Source: Lama glama (taxonomy: Eukaryota). From it: a stretch of 64,000 nt of DNA. The notes beneath the pieces are model-generated. The model was not told the DNA's origin and made no database searches. It worked only from the letters and a program-made list of their open reading frames with translations. The stretch spans positions 47,184,001 to 47,248,000 of the forward strand of contig CM052817.1 of NCBI GenBank assembly GCA_028534125.1. The letters are read 5' to 3'. Positions 50,430 to 62,900 of the stretch are shown here, piece after piece; position 1 is the stretch's first letter, and every line of letters begins with the position of its first letter. The position numbers and the translations under genes were made by a program.

Positions 50430-50505
50430 TTTTTTTTTTAATTGAAGTATGGTTGAATTACAATATGTTAGTTTTAGGTGTACAGCAAAGTGGTTCAGTT
50501 ATAGT
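50430..50505 (-). mobile_element. Very short L1 3' end
   Basis: TTTTTTTTTAATTGAAGTATGGTTGAATTACAAT..GGTGTACAGCAAAGTG. Confidence 0.8.
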
Positions 50506-50509
50506 CTTG

Positions 50510-50625
50510 TTTAGTGGGATATACAAATACTATACCATTTTATATAAGGAATTTGAGCATCCATGGATTTTGGTTTCTGCAGGGGACCCTGGAATGAGTC
50601 CCCTGCAGACATTGACGGGCAGCTG
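50510..50625. mobile_element. MER2 (Tigger) terminal fragment
   Basis: AAATACTATACCATTTTATATAAGGAATTTGAGCATCCATGGATTTTGG..CAGCTG followed by TA. Confidence 0.8.
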
Positions 50626-50639
50626 TAATGATGTGCATC

Positions 50640-51230
50640 TCTTCCTAACAATGAGATTGAAATTGACCGTGGTGGAAATATTTCCACCACAGAAATTGGC
50701 AAATGCAAATCAGGTCTTGATTTATTGTTTTGTTGATCGTCTAGACATAAAGTAATGGAGAAAATGTTAATAATGGTGACCAAACTTAAAAATGTGCTGT
50801 GTCTGTAACCATTACTATGTGAGTAACACCAAAAGTTGAGGAAATATTTTTCCTGTATTCAAAAACTAGTGTCTTATTAATCAAAACAGTTCTTGAATCA
50901 TTGAGGAATGAGTGAAGTCCCAACATATGTCTTCATTGTTTCACTCCTTAGTGTAAATGAAAATATCCACCTAAGTCATGTCCAAAATACACTTACTCAT
51001 CAATTGCAACCATGGGTTTAGCTATAGAAGCAAGAGTTATTTATCTAAAAATCAAAGAAAGCATTTATTCTCTGAGAATTAATTGGCTATATATAATTTA
51101 TAATGAAATCTTATGTATTTTAATATTATTTGTAAATTGTTACATATCCTTGATATCAATACATCTATAATAAATGTATATAACTATATATTTATATATA
51201 AACATACTTTTTGCAGAGATTTTTCCTCAC
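50640..51230. mobile_element. MER63-like hAT-Blackjack element
   Basis: CACCACAGAAATTGGCAAATGCAAATCAGG.CTTGATTTATTGTTTTGTTGAT.GTCTAGAC. Confidence 0.7.
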
Positions 51231-52019
51231 ATATATGATATTTAACTATTTATCTTTTCTTTCACTTATTGCATAGTCTTATTCTCTTTTTTGTGTTTAA
51301 GTAAGATTTTTCCATTTTCCTTATCATGTTAACTATTTGTGTACAGCCATCCAAAGAATCAGTCAGTTGTATGGCAAAGGTAGTAAGAACGGCAATATTT
51401 TCATGGCATTTATATCATTTTTCCTTTAGAGAACAGCTAATTTACCAAGTGATGGTACTCATGATGGTTTCTTTTTCAAGTGGATTGCAGCCACTTGCTA
51501 CCCAAAATATCTAACATGCTTGTTCATCTGGAATAACTGTATACCTCACCTTTATTACTACACATTCAGCATAGTGTTTTTGTGTAAAGAGAGAGATTAT
51601 AGAAAGTGGACATGGATACATGGCTTTAGAAGTAGCAATAGGCAATACAGGAGAATTTCCCATTAATTTTTTTAGATATTAATTTTTAATAGTATATCAA
51701 GTAATTGACATTTCGGGCTTGTGAGATGAGTAGTTCTACTCCAGCAAAGGTGAGCAGTCCAGTCTGGATAAAGTATGGTGTGACGGTGAGACAGGAACAG
51801 GCAAAAAGGCAAACGGAAGAAAGCTCTCGGAGCCAGAGAGGAGTAGGGACATAGTATCACTTCCTGGCAGGATCCTGACGATAAGCCATCATAAGAAGGT
51901 CTGCTCATGGATCACTGAGCACACGAAGGGCCGTCTAATTGGAGTGTTCAGTGCAATATATAGTCAGACTAAGACAGGTGTGAGTCCTAGCTCTGCCATT
52001 TACTAGAATATGACACCTT

Positions 52020-52344
52020 GCCACCCATAAGTTAACTATACATGGAAATGACTGTAAATCCCATACCTATATCCTACTAAGCTAAACTAAAACTGACCTC
52101 AGATCTCCCTTAGCAAGATCCCCAGAATGCTTGCACCTCCTCCAACACTACCCAACGTAAGGGAAAGTATGACAGAGGAAAGCTGAATGGAAAGAGTCAG
52201 TGGTCTTACCTAACTGCAGTGAAAATTTTTTATATTTTGCAACTTCTAAAAAAACACATTTCTAGGTCCCTCATGGGGCCTTAGAATGGCCTATGCAAGT
52301 CAGAAGGTTATGCTTTATCAGCTTCACAGAGAATGAGACTCTGC
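52020..52344. mobile_element. Arthur1/MER69-like hAT-Tip100 fragment
   Basis: GGGCCTTAGAATGGCCTATGCAAGT..GCTTTATCAGCTTCACAGAGAAT..CTCTG resembles the Arthur1 terminus. Confidence 0.55.
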
Positions 52345-53226
52345 TGGAAATGTCACAGTGGGAATGACATTTTGGGTTTCCCACACAACCATGATAACCA
52401 TAAACCAAAGTGGAAATTAAGGCTAACTTTGAAGTGGCTGCTACTCTTGCCTGGTCTTCTTGTGCATTTACAATAAGACCACCCTTCTCTGTCTGGTAGC
52501 GTTCTGTCCTTGAACTGCTGCGTGAAACGAAAAGTGCTTATTATTGGGCAACTGTAAAGAGCTTCCAGAAATCATTGTATTCATTTGCTGCTTCTGTCAA
52601 ACTTTAATTTATTGGAAAAGGCAAGGAATGGTGAAAGACAAAAGACTACACTAACATAGTATCTATCTATATGTATGCCTCCTCTTAAAAATTCAACACA
52701 TTTTAGGCTTGAAACAGAGATTTAAAAAAAAACCCTTTTTTGTTTTCCAAAACTTAGGCAAAAAAGATCCATGTTTTTAATAAATGAAAAACATTGTATT
52801 TGCAGTTCACTAAGTTTTGAGTTACTGTATTAAAGGCTGAAATTCACAAATGCTTGTTATAAGAGGCTTTTATTTTATGGTATTACTGTCCCTCTATAGT
52901 CTTACTTTTGAATGTGTTTTCTTTCCTCTGCCAGGCCAGTGGTTATTTATCTCGGCTGTAATATAGGGTCATTGGAGTACTTTTAAAAAAATAACCATTT
53001 ACTAGAATGTGCAACTTTTAAAAACAACCCAAATTATCTGGATGCACAATATACAAAAACAATGAGAGACAATGTGCAAACCAAATATCAGGGCAGGACA
53101 ACTCAGGTCTGAGCCTCTGAGCAGTTCCATCTCTGTGCTGGTATTCAGAAAGAGAGCAGGACTGACTCCCGCTCCACAAGCACTGTAGCTCCACCTACTG
53201 GGAGGACAGGCCTTTGAACACAAGTA

Positions 53227-53434
53227 CTGTTGACCTTTGCACACATGGATCTGAACTGTGCGGGTCCACTTACACGTGGAATTTTTTCAGTAGTAGGCAC
53301 CACAGTACTGCACGATACTTGGTTGGTGGAGCGTGAGGAGGAAGCACGTGTAACGAGGGCCGGCTGCAAGTTAGAGGCAGATTTCTGACTGCCCAGGGTT
53401 AGCACTCCCTAAACTCCACAGTAAGGGTCAACTT
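53227..53434 (+). mobile_element. Tigger2-derived MITE (second copy)
   Basis: CTGTTGACCTTTG..TGAACTGTGCGGGTCCACTTACACGTGGA..AAGGGTCAACTT with TA on both sides; homologous to 4307-4530. Confidence 0.88.
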
Positions 53435-53894
53435 TACTCTTTCCCATAAATATGGTTGATTCCATTTCAGCCATCAGTAAAATAAATCTAATCTTGATTG
53501 ACAAAGACAGAAGTTAGTTTCCAAATGCTGTGTTTTGGAAATCAAATAGAATTCTTTGTTTCTTAGTCATGGTGTGAAGTAAGGCAGATGTCGAGAAACA
53601 TATCAACATATTCCTTCAAATGTTAAGATTATTTGAAGCAGGCATTGCACTTTATCTTTACAACATATCTCAACTTGATGTTTATTATAAAAAATTCCAA
53701 CCAATATTTATTGATGATTGGAACAACTATCACACTCTCTCCTGCATTTAAGTATTTGCAAGTTCTCTGTGCATGATGCAGCTTGAACCAGTCACTCCTG
53801 CCTTTTTCTTTTCTTTGTCTTTTTCTTTTTTTCTACTTCTGCTGCTCTCATGTTCCTTGAATCTGAAGTTGTGGATGAGTAGGGAGGTGTTTGT

Positions 53895-54240
53895 ACATTT
53901 CTTCATTCATCAAATAGGTATTAAGTGCTTTCCATGTACCAGATACTATGCAGGTGTGGTAGGTTTGCTGGGGAGCAGAGATGTGGGAGATTATTTGAAT
54001 TCCTTTCTCTTTTCACAGTTTAATCCCAGAGGGGTGAGGACTAAAAAGTTTAATGAGATACTGGAAACAACTCAGACCTATCCATTTCTATGATCTGATC
54101 ATCTGGTGAGAGAATGGAGACGAAAGAATTGTATTAATGTGATGATATCTACAGTAATAGCATATTAAAGCTCTCCTATGGCAATATAAAGGGAGGGGTC
54201 CCATCCCAACCTGTGCCCAAGTTGCACCTACCACTGAGAT
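53895..54240 (-). mobile_element. L2 3' fragments
   Basis: TTCATTCATCAAATA..TATTAAGTGCTTTCCATGTACCAGATACTATGC. Confidence 0.65.
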
Positions 54241-55174
54241 TCATGCAAACACAGGGAAATTTATGAAGCGAATATACTGGGTGGTCTGAAGATATCTATT
54301 TGCATGAGTTGATTAGCATGGAAGAGGTTGACTGCCAAAAAAGAGGAAAGTGGGATACACTGGAGATGCAGAAGGCAGCAAAGTATCTATTGTGAAAGTA
54401 TTATTACTCTCCTCACACAATGTCTGAGACACAAAAAGAGACTTCAAGCAAATCCTAACCTTGAGGCAAGGAGAGACTTGTTGGCAGCACACAGGCATGT
54501 GGATATGAAACAGCAGTAGGAAGAATATTCCACTACCAGCAGCTGGAAGAGTACTCCCACCCCCGGCTTAAATATAGCACCTGAGATTGGTAAAATAAGG
54601 AGAATCAGGAGGTAATAGTCTTGGCACAGTGCTAATTCTTTCTGTGCTTCCCACCGTAATTTTAAAGGTAAGGCAGCCTCAAATAACTTCACAGGCAGTG
54701 GACATCAGTGAGTGAGCAGGGGGAATGGGTCAGATTGACAGAATGGTTGTGACACATGTGATATGCTCTCTGAGTGTCAGTAAACATAAATAGGTGAACC
54801 TTCATATGGGGACGAAGACTTTTAAGATGCGAGTCATTGGTATTAAATGATTGCACATACATGACAAGAGTGCTTGTACAGAAGGATAGAAATATTAGAC
54901 CTGTTTTAATTTGGTTGTCCTTTTCATTTTTCCTACTCTTTTGGGTGCATTAGAAAGAAAGATCTAAGCATCCCAAGAGCCTCAGTTTTCTCCCCAACTC
55001 TATTACTCCTACCCCAGCACCAAAGTAATATCGTAACTTCTCGGAGCATTTGAAAATTAAGCCTGTCTCTTTGCTTTCAAGGAAGAAAAACCAGCTTTTT
55101 GGCAATCATTTGCCAAATGAGTCTGGTTATCATGTGCCATCAAGATCTATTATGGAAGCAAAGAGGACAATTAA

Positions 55175-55400
55175 TTGAGTAGGAGATTGAGATGGAAGAA
55201 TTAGGAAACAGTGATGAAGAAGCTAGACAGAGAACTGTGAGTAGGAAAAATAAGTGAGGAGGACATCAACCCATAAGACTGGAAAGCTATCCTGGAACAT
55301 TTGTCCAAGAAGCAGGGGCAGAGGTTGGCGGAGAGAGACGACTGCGCAGCACCCGCCAGTTGTGGATGAGTAGGGAGGTGACCCTAAGAAAACCACTTTG
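55175..55400 (-). mobile_element. L2 fragment
   Basis: Purine-rich AGCTATCCTGGAACATTT..GGGGCAGAGG..GAAAACCACTT resembling antisense L2. Confidence 0.45.
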
Positions 55401-55404
55401 AGGT

Positions 55405-55830
55405 GTATGCTAATTAGAAATGATAAACGACAGCAATAACCATGTATTTTTTCTTGCCAGGTTATAAGGAGGTAGGCGGGCTCTGATGGTCTGGGCTGGG
55501 CCTGACTGATCTCAGGTAGGCTTGCTCACGGTTCAGAAATTAGCTATTAGGTTGGCCTGAGCTGGTTGATCTGGGAGACCCTTGGCTGGGATGACTCCTC
55601 GTGTGTCTCTTGTATCCCTCCACGAGGCTCACCCTGGCATGTCCTCATGGCAGAGACAAGGTTCAAGAAAGGAAAAGGAAGTGTGCATGTTCTTTTTCCA
55701 AGTGTCTGTCTGAGTCAAGCTTGTACTTCCCTTTGGCCAAAGCATGTCACATGGTCAAGCCCAGGGTCACTGTGGGAGGGCACGATCAAGGACGTGGGTT
55801 TAGGAAGGTGGCATTATCAAACTGCCAGGT
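55405..55830 (-). mobile_element. MLT1H-like MaLR LTR
   Basis: CTTGGCTGGGATGACT..GGCATGTCCTCATGGCAG..TTGGCCAAAGCATGTCACATGGTCAAGCCCAG. Confidence 0.8.
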
Positions 55831-56329
55831 GCCATGTGGGATGCAGCCCCCTCCCTGTTCACACAGCAGAGATCCTCTCAGCACCTACACTCAGGACCCG
55901 CAGCAGGTGCTCTTACCCACCGCACAACAGGCATAGCAGGAAGCCTGGCTGGCACCTACAGCTCACTTTTGCCCTCAGCTCATGATGTTTGAAAGTTTTG
56001 GTTACAATATTTTAGTTAAAATAGTTTAACAGCTAAAATATACTGGTAATGATATAATCCTTCAGGTACATTTGGAAAAAAACCCTTAATCTCATATTTT
56101 TGAATAGTTGTAAAACCTTAGCCTCATTAATTTCTAGTTTTGGAGCAAAACTGCTTACTTAGAGATATTTGTCTTCTTTCCATTCAGAGTGGAAACATAA
56201 TACTATCATCTTGGACTGGCCTCATTTGAATTAATATTAACATTTTCAATACGATACAGATGTGTACAAATGATCTATACTATCCATTTATTTTATCCAG
56301 AAAATTATTTATAAGAAGATAAAAGAAAA

Positions 56330-56830
56330 AAAGCTTTAAAATAGTTATAAAGCATAGAAGTGAAAAGTTACATCTATAACCAAAAATATAGGTGGATGGA
56401 TGCTATATGATACACAATATAATATTTAGTCAAAAAGAAAGTTCCAGAACATTATATACAATGTAATGCACTTTTAAAAGTTAAAAACAGTAAAAATGAG
56501 TAATATATATTTTTAGGAATACTTATAAAATATAACTTTATTTTTAAATAAAGCATATAAAGCAAGGGAATGCTATGCACAGGAGTCAGTACAATAATCA
56601 CCTTGACTGAGAGTTGAAGGTGGACAGGATGAAGGAGAAGCACAGGGAGATACCAGTTTTTGTTAAAAGTCTAGCTCTTATGATGGGCACAGGGGTACAC
56701 AGGACTGTTATTATTAAAAATGTATTTATATATATGTACCAAGGGGGCCATACATAGACCAATGGTGAGTGTGTCATGAACCAGAGATTATGATTAATTC
56801 AACTCTGTACATCTTGAGTATATTAAAAAA
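56330..56830 (+). mobile_element. L1ME-type 3' end
   Basis: AAAAGAAAGTTCCAGAAC..AAGCAAGGGAATG..GTGTGTCATGAACCAGAGATTATGATTAATTCAA..AAAAAAA. Confidence 0.7.
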
Positions 56831-58833
56831 ACAAACAAACCCAGCTTTACTTAAAAGAAGGTTTAGATGGTCAAGATGAATTAATTTAGAAGATACATAG
56901 CATGCCATATGAATGTGTGTGTGTGTGTGTGTATCTTCCTACCTCTTTTTAAAATGCCTTCTCTTTTTTCCTTAATGCCTTTCAAGAAATGGGTTTGGTA
57001 TGTATAAACTATTCAGTATGAAATATCTTTAAATTTCACTAGTCTCTAACTACAACAAGTACCTAAACTATCAATACCAGTGATCATAAATCTTACCCCC
57101 TTTTAATTTGGTTCAGCAAACTACCAGTAAGACATGAATTTTTAGAAACTTTGGTTTATTTCCACATTAGCCATTCTATGACAATTTTACACACAAAGTT
57201 AGTTTTCAATGTCCTATCATTTGGCTGCCGTGGCTAATGATATTACACAGATGTAGCAAGTTTATTTTTCTTAGATTTTAGAATAACAAGGAGAAAGACT
57301 AGATCTTGGTTACTATTCACTTGAAATTTCTATTTAAAGTAATGAAGAAAAAACGACAAAAGCAAACTGTTTACAAATGATGGCAACCAATACCAGCAAG
57401 ACAAATAGAAACCATGGAAGTGAACCAACGCTGACTGTTCATTGACTAAATTGTGTCAGTTTTATCGCAGACAGGGAAAAATTATCACTATGTACTCCAC
57501 CGCTACAATCCCAAATAAATGGGAGGGAGATGAGTGCTGTGAGATATTTGAGAAAACAGAACCAAGCACGCACCCTGAAGGCAATGGCAGATGTTTCCCC
57601 TCAAAGATGATTACAACTGGGAAGCAATTAGTTGCAGTAAGATCCTCCAGAGAATTCCCTCATTTAAGAAGATGCTTAAAAGGACTTATTTACAGAGGCA
57701 CAACTGTCTCTGTGTGATACTAAAATTAAGCTGAATTAATTTCTCAAGGAATTGACCATAAGGAATGCTCCAGTGAAATGGTAGCCTGGGAACTTGAATA
57801 TTACGAATTAGACAACAGAGGAATCTTTTTAGAAGACAGTTGCCCAGTGGTTCGCAAAGTTCACTAGAGATAGTCGGGGCAATTACGGGAGCAGTGGGAC
57901 GAGACATCTAAGAAGTCTGCTTGTGAAGGTTGCTTTCATTTCTGTAACATTCATTGCTTGTAAGGAAAGAATACAAGTGTATTATATTCTACTTTGCTCC
58001 AAAGGGCCTGCCTTCTGGAATATGTTCATAAATGATAATATACATATGAATGCTATATATATTTATGAATGCTATATTCATATAGGAAGTGAATCTACTC
58101 TCAAATAGACTATGATGACTTTGAGTTTAATGCCTCTCTAGATTAAAAAAATATGTGTATATATACCTATCATTTCCCTTCCTGAATCTGTGCAAGCTTT
58201 CTAAGTGAAGTAGAAATTAAATGTGAGATTTTGAGGGCTTGTCTCACCACCGACTTCAAGGAAGGTAAAAGTTAGGGCACTTGTCAGCACATGCACAAAA
58301 TGTCTGTATTCTTCTGTCTGTCTGTGTGTGTGTCAAGGAGCTGGTGACCTCAGAGAGCAGAGCAATAAGCATGGTGATAAGATACCAGGATACGGTCTTT
58401 CCAAAGTGATGACAGACCCATTAATGGATGGCAGTACTCTGAAATCAGCTCTTTCTTGGCTGTGGCAGCAATTGCTGATGCCCACAGGGGTCGTATCAGA
58501 GTCAGTGTGGAATGGTGCACATTGACAAAGTTCATATATGCCCTGGAACAAACTGATGACTGTCATGAACACTAAACCAGGATAAGCTAGGACTGAGAAT
58601 TTTCAAAAGAATCAGGCTTCAATAAGAGTATGGAGCAAACCCAAACATAGAGCATTCTTGGATCTTATGAGGGAGTCAAAATAAACACCTAATTCATCAT
58701 GAGAAAGTGTAGAACAGAAGTTCTTTAGATAACAAACCTGGGAAGTAAGATTTGATTAAAAAAAAAAAAGTTCTGGGTGTGGACCCCTAGAAGAGTAGCT
58801 TTCACAGGAACCAGGTTCCTTCAAGTCAGTGTC

Positions 58834-60500
58834 TACCAGGTGGGTCTGTGGAGCCAGCAGACCCATTAGGAGTTGAACGTGGGCCACTCCATTACCTAGC
58901 ACACACATAATGATCACAGTATAGTAGCACTTTGGATATCTGAATATGAATGTCAATTGAGACCCCATATCTAATAATCCTTGAAACAACTGGGTATTAT
59001 TCTTTCTCCAATTCATAATTACCCAAGTAAATGTCATAGGCTCTGGTCTTTCGGGATCTGTCCTTATAGGGATCTGGCTTCTCCTTGGACAAATGGGCTC
59101 TGAGTCGGGAAACTGATTAACATATGGAAACTGGGCCAAGGATTGTGGCTTTTTTATTGAGCAGCTTCCTAACCATCCTTCTTCAATTTTTGTCATTATG
59201 TAAATTAAGCAATACCTGTGTTGGCTACTTATCCATCAAGTCTCTAGGAAGACCATATATTTTTAACTATCTCCATAGTTTTCCATAGTTTTCCATAGTA
59301 TGGGGCACTCCTGGCTACCACTTCGACCATGCTTCTCATTGCAATAATTGTACCCACGTTCGTCTCATGGTTAAGTACCATCACCTGGCCTCTATTATTA
59401 GGGGAGCTTAGTTCTGTAATATCTTCTACCCTTGCCTCTGTCCTACAGAGGATGCTACCACTGGACTTCTAAACCATGCTGGTGCCTCTCTCACCACTAC
59501 TTTCATTATCCCTTTGGTAAAGTTATCTCTGGTCCTGCTACAGAACATATTTAGCTGGTGTGTTTTCTAGCCTTTTGTAGTATATCTATGGTATCCTATC
59601 CACCTTTCTGAGCATGTTTATCTATTTCTCTACTATCTAGCACAATAGTTCTAACATTTACATTTCACTGATAGTGAGCCATGGCTTTTTTCAAGCTTCT
59701 AAGAGCTATGCTAGTGAAGTATTAACTCTAATTCCCGGAGTCTTTACCTTTGTATTAAATTCTGTATTATGACAGCATTATCCCATTTCAATTGACTCTC
59801 CCTTATCCAGCTTAATGTCTCACTCCTTTTATCTAGAACCTTCAAGAGACCTTCAAGTTCATCACATACTTTCCAAGCTCCTTCCAACATGTGTCAGTCA
59901 GATACTATAGCAACTTCAGTGTAAATTCCCTCTACTCTCTTATCCCAAATTGGGCCAGACTTGGATTTTATCTTTGTTATTGTCTTGGTTGCCAGGAGAG
60001 GATATGGAGGTAGATCTTGAGGGGACAAGCATTATCTTTGCTAAGGCTCTTGCCTTATTTGAGACCTGTGCACGATCTCAAGCAATGGGCCTTAAAGCAA
60101 AATCTTTTATGCAGATCAGGCAGGTTTGTGGATATTTGGGAATTTAAGGGTTTTAATGCATCTCCCCAGATATCTCCATCCCAAGTCCCTGTGTCCTGTT
60201 CCTTCCTGATTTTGGCCCTGACCTTGACATGGAAGACCTGTTGGTGATGAAAATTCAGTCTTCTATGAAGCTGTGCTGCTCTTCCAGTTGTCCTGAGCCT
60301 GTTCCTTAATTTTCTATTCCTCATCTGCAAGAGATTATGAATTTTATTAAATGCTGCCTGGACACCCTGTGGTTTTTGAATTTTACATTGACTTGATTAT
60401 ATTTTGATTTATCACCCTCCATCTCTCATTCTCTCTTCAGTGACTTAGTGGTGTTCAGTAGTTTACTTTTTCCCTCATACCTCAAGCATCAGAGAGTGAG
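58834..60500 (-). mobile_element. ERVL-class (HERV16/ERV3-16A3-like) gag-protease relic
   Basis: gag AQLHRRLN..QVFHVKVRAKI.KEQDTGTWDGDIW (60055-60330); QFP..NQFPDSEP..WRKNNTQLFQGLLDMGSQLTFI, an aspartic protease LLDTG motif (58756-59196). Confidence 0.9.
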
Positions 60501-60549
60501 ACCTTGCAATTGAGTTGGCCATATCTTCTAATCATGGCTAGACATTGAC

Positions 60550-60937
60550 TAGTGGGCAGAAAAGAATATGTTTGGTGCTTAGTTAATCACCGAGGTGCCT
60601 CTTGGTGCTCCCGTGCCCAGTTTTAACAGTGCACAGTCAAGAACAGCAGCCGTGGCTTACAAACAGTCATGTAAGTTGGAGTTCAGACACCTCAGGGATG
60701 AGGCTATGGGTTGCTCCACCAGCAGACGGAAGTGGAGGTGAGGGAATCTAGACTGACTAGGGGAAAAGGAGAGCGATAAGCATCAGTTACTGGTTGGAGA
60801 TCCATTACAGTCTTGAATTGTAGTTCCTACACTTGCTAACTCTCTTTTTATGTTTCCCCTGGAAACTTGGAGAAGCTGTCCCCAGATGGGCATGCTTGCT
60901 GTAAGAGCAAGTGGATCTGAGCAGGAAAGGACAGTCT
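60550..60937 (+). mobile_element. ERVL-class pol (integrase C-terminus) and 3' internal region
   Basis: Plus-strand translation from 60595: CLLVLPCPVLTVHSQEQQPW..SDTSGMRLWVAPP, like ERVL LLVLPCPV.KVNG.LQQP..DPSGM.VWVTPP; AGTGGATCTGAGC..AAGG precedes the LTR. Confidence 0.85.
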
Positions 60938-61230
60938 TGCAGTGCATCCCGAACGTCCAGAGTTCTCTTCAAAGAAACATACTTATCCTTGCCTGCTGAT
61001 AAGTATAGCTACTAACTACTCATGTATATGCCCCTCGCTGCACATAGCTCTCAGCTGTAGGGAATTGCTGTGTCCAAGATCATATAGCTTCAGAGGGCAT
61101 GGCTGCAGTCAATGACTGTGATGTGGGAATACAAAAGCCCACAATTTGGGCTTTTGCCTCAATTTGGGACAATTTTGAAAGGTCATTTTGCTAAATTGAA
61201 ACAATAAATTTCTATCTTGGTTTGCCTCTG
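60938..61230 (+). mobile_element. LTR16-like 3' LTR (partial)
   Basis: CAATGACTG..ATACAAAAGCCC..GCCTCAATTTGGGACAATTTTGAAAGGTCAT; AATAAA at about 61203. Confidence 0.7.
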
Positions 61231-61589
61231 CTAGTTAAAAATTTTTTTAACTCATGGACAAGATTATTCTCTGATCTATATTATATAGTAAGAAGTAACT
61301 GAAATGTTCATAAATTTCCACAAAATGTATTACATTGTATTAGTACATTCTCATAACATGTTGTTGCCATACAACTATTGCACCTACTAAAGCTTAGGTT
61401 TAATTTAACTCACTTTCATTTAATAAAATTTACAGAATGACAAACATTCTTTATTTCCTCTGTAAAAGTCTGAGTCCTGTCGCTTCCTGAGTGCTTATGG
61501 CCTGTAATCAAATCTCTTATATATTTATGTACTATAGCTTCCACTTCTTAAGGTATAATTTTGTTTATTCCCCCAAATTTTATGCCAGT

Positions 61590-62111
61590 TGTAGTCATTA
61601 TTTTAATGACAGAATTTAACTAAATATTCATGTAAATCAGTAAAATATGAATGGGAAATAGAAGAGAAATATTTGTATGAAAATTAAACTAAATACTTTG
61701 GAATGACCCAATAAACAGAAACAGTTGAAAATGATGTCAAATTAGTGTTGGTAAGATATTTAGAAAAGATTATAAAACCTTGGAAATCTAAAAGGATTTA
61801 ACATGCTTTTTGCTTCTCTAAGGTCTTTAAATTCCTGTATCTTTTAAAAAACTAAAACTGGAAAGCTTAGTCAGTGTTACGGGTATGGTTTTTGCAAGAA
61901 AGGCCAGATGAAATTCCCATCAGGGGGTACATTCTCAAGGGACTGGATTTCTCCTCACACCAAACGATTCAAACTTGAATATGTATTTATCTACTTTAAC
62001 ATAAAATGTTTATAATACCTATAATTTTTTGTTGTTCCCTAAGTTGACTACTTTACTGATTCATCAGTTAACTACCAGACTCAATTACATTAACAGAAAG
62101 TATTTCTATTG
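61590..62111 (+). mobile_element. Tigger15a-like element (decayed transposase N-terminus)
   Basis: TATGAAAATTAAACTAAATACTTTGGAA..AAACTGGAAA..GGGTATGGTTTTTGCAAGAAAG..CCCATCAG..ATTCTCAAG; ends TTCTATTG followed by TA. Confidence 0.75.
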
Positions 62112-62459
62112 TACTTCACACATTTATTTTATTTATAATATACAAAGTTAATTAAGTTCAGTAGGTGAATAAATTGCTTGCTTTTGCTTCTGACTCTTAA
62201 CTGGATTTCAGGCTTCTAGTTGAACTTACGATGATTTATCTGAAGATGGGAGAAAACTCTGACTTTATCATGCATGTTCTAATAGCCATACTTGGAGGTT
62301 TAGTGTATGAAGACATAGTATGGCCAAATGAATTTTCTGTGTTGGCAATTTTTTGCAATGTGGAGCTTTTTCATGTGATTATACGTGTTAGTTATTTCTA
62401 CAATTACTTGTGAATTCAAGAGAATTTCTTTTTATCCACCATGTAACTAACTTACCCTT

Positions 62460-62900
62460 ATTTTCCCAGCAGCAGTTGACCAGTGATAAACTAGTTGCAG
62501 GAACAATTGCAGCAGGACTCAGTTCTGCTTTGGAACACAATAGTTAGCTTTGCCTGTGTAAGAAAAAGGAAGTCTGCTGGAGGACACCTTCCTGACGTAC
62601 CACTGAATTTCAAAATGTTCATCTGTACAATTTAAGGTGTATATATGGGTGTTCTTTTTCTGACATAATTCTGTCTTGTCATTTCATTACCGAGCAGATA
62701 GCATCTCACACGTGAGGGGTACACCTGAACAACCAGGTTGTGGCAGCCCAGCACATCTTACAATTCAGAAGGTTAATAGCAAGTGTGTGGGTGCCGTTTG
62801 CTCTGAAATCAAGGGGTGTAGTTATTAATATAGCATAATACATACCTAACCAATTATGGTATTAGAAGAAAACCCGACTTCCGGAAGGAGGCTCCTTCAC
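62460..62900. promoter_or_regulatory. Candidate enhancer (non-repetitive, ETS/CRE/E-box motifs)
   Basis: CTTCCTGACGT (TGACGT at 62593-62598), CACGTG at 62709-62714, palindromic CTTCCGGAAG at 62878-62887; motif evidence only. Confidence 0.25.

Noticed and set aside
54380..54720. Possible old LTR (CCAAT and TATA-like motifs on the minus strand)
   Set aside because: No termini or family match that I can support
61132..61156. 10-bp stem hairpin CAAAAGCCCA/TGGGCTTTTG resembling a terminator
   Set aside because: Eukaryotic LTR context; a short stem like this can arise by chance or local correction
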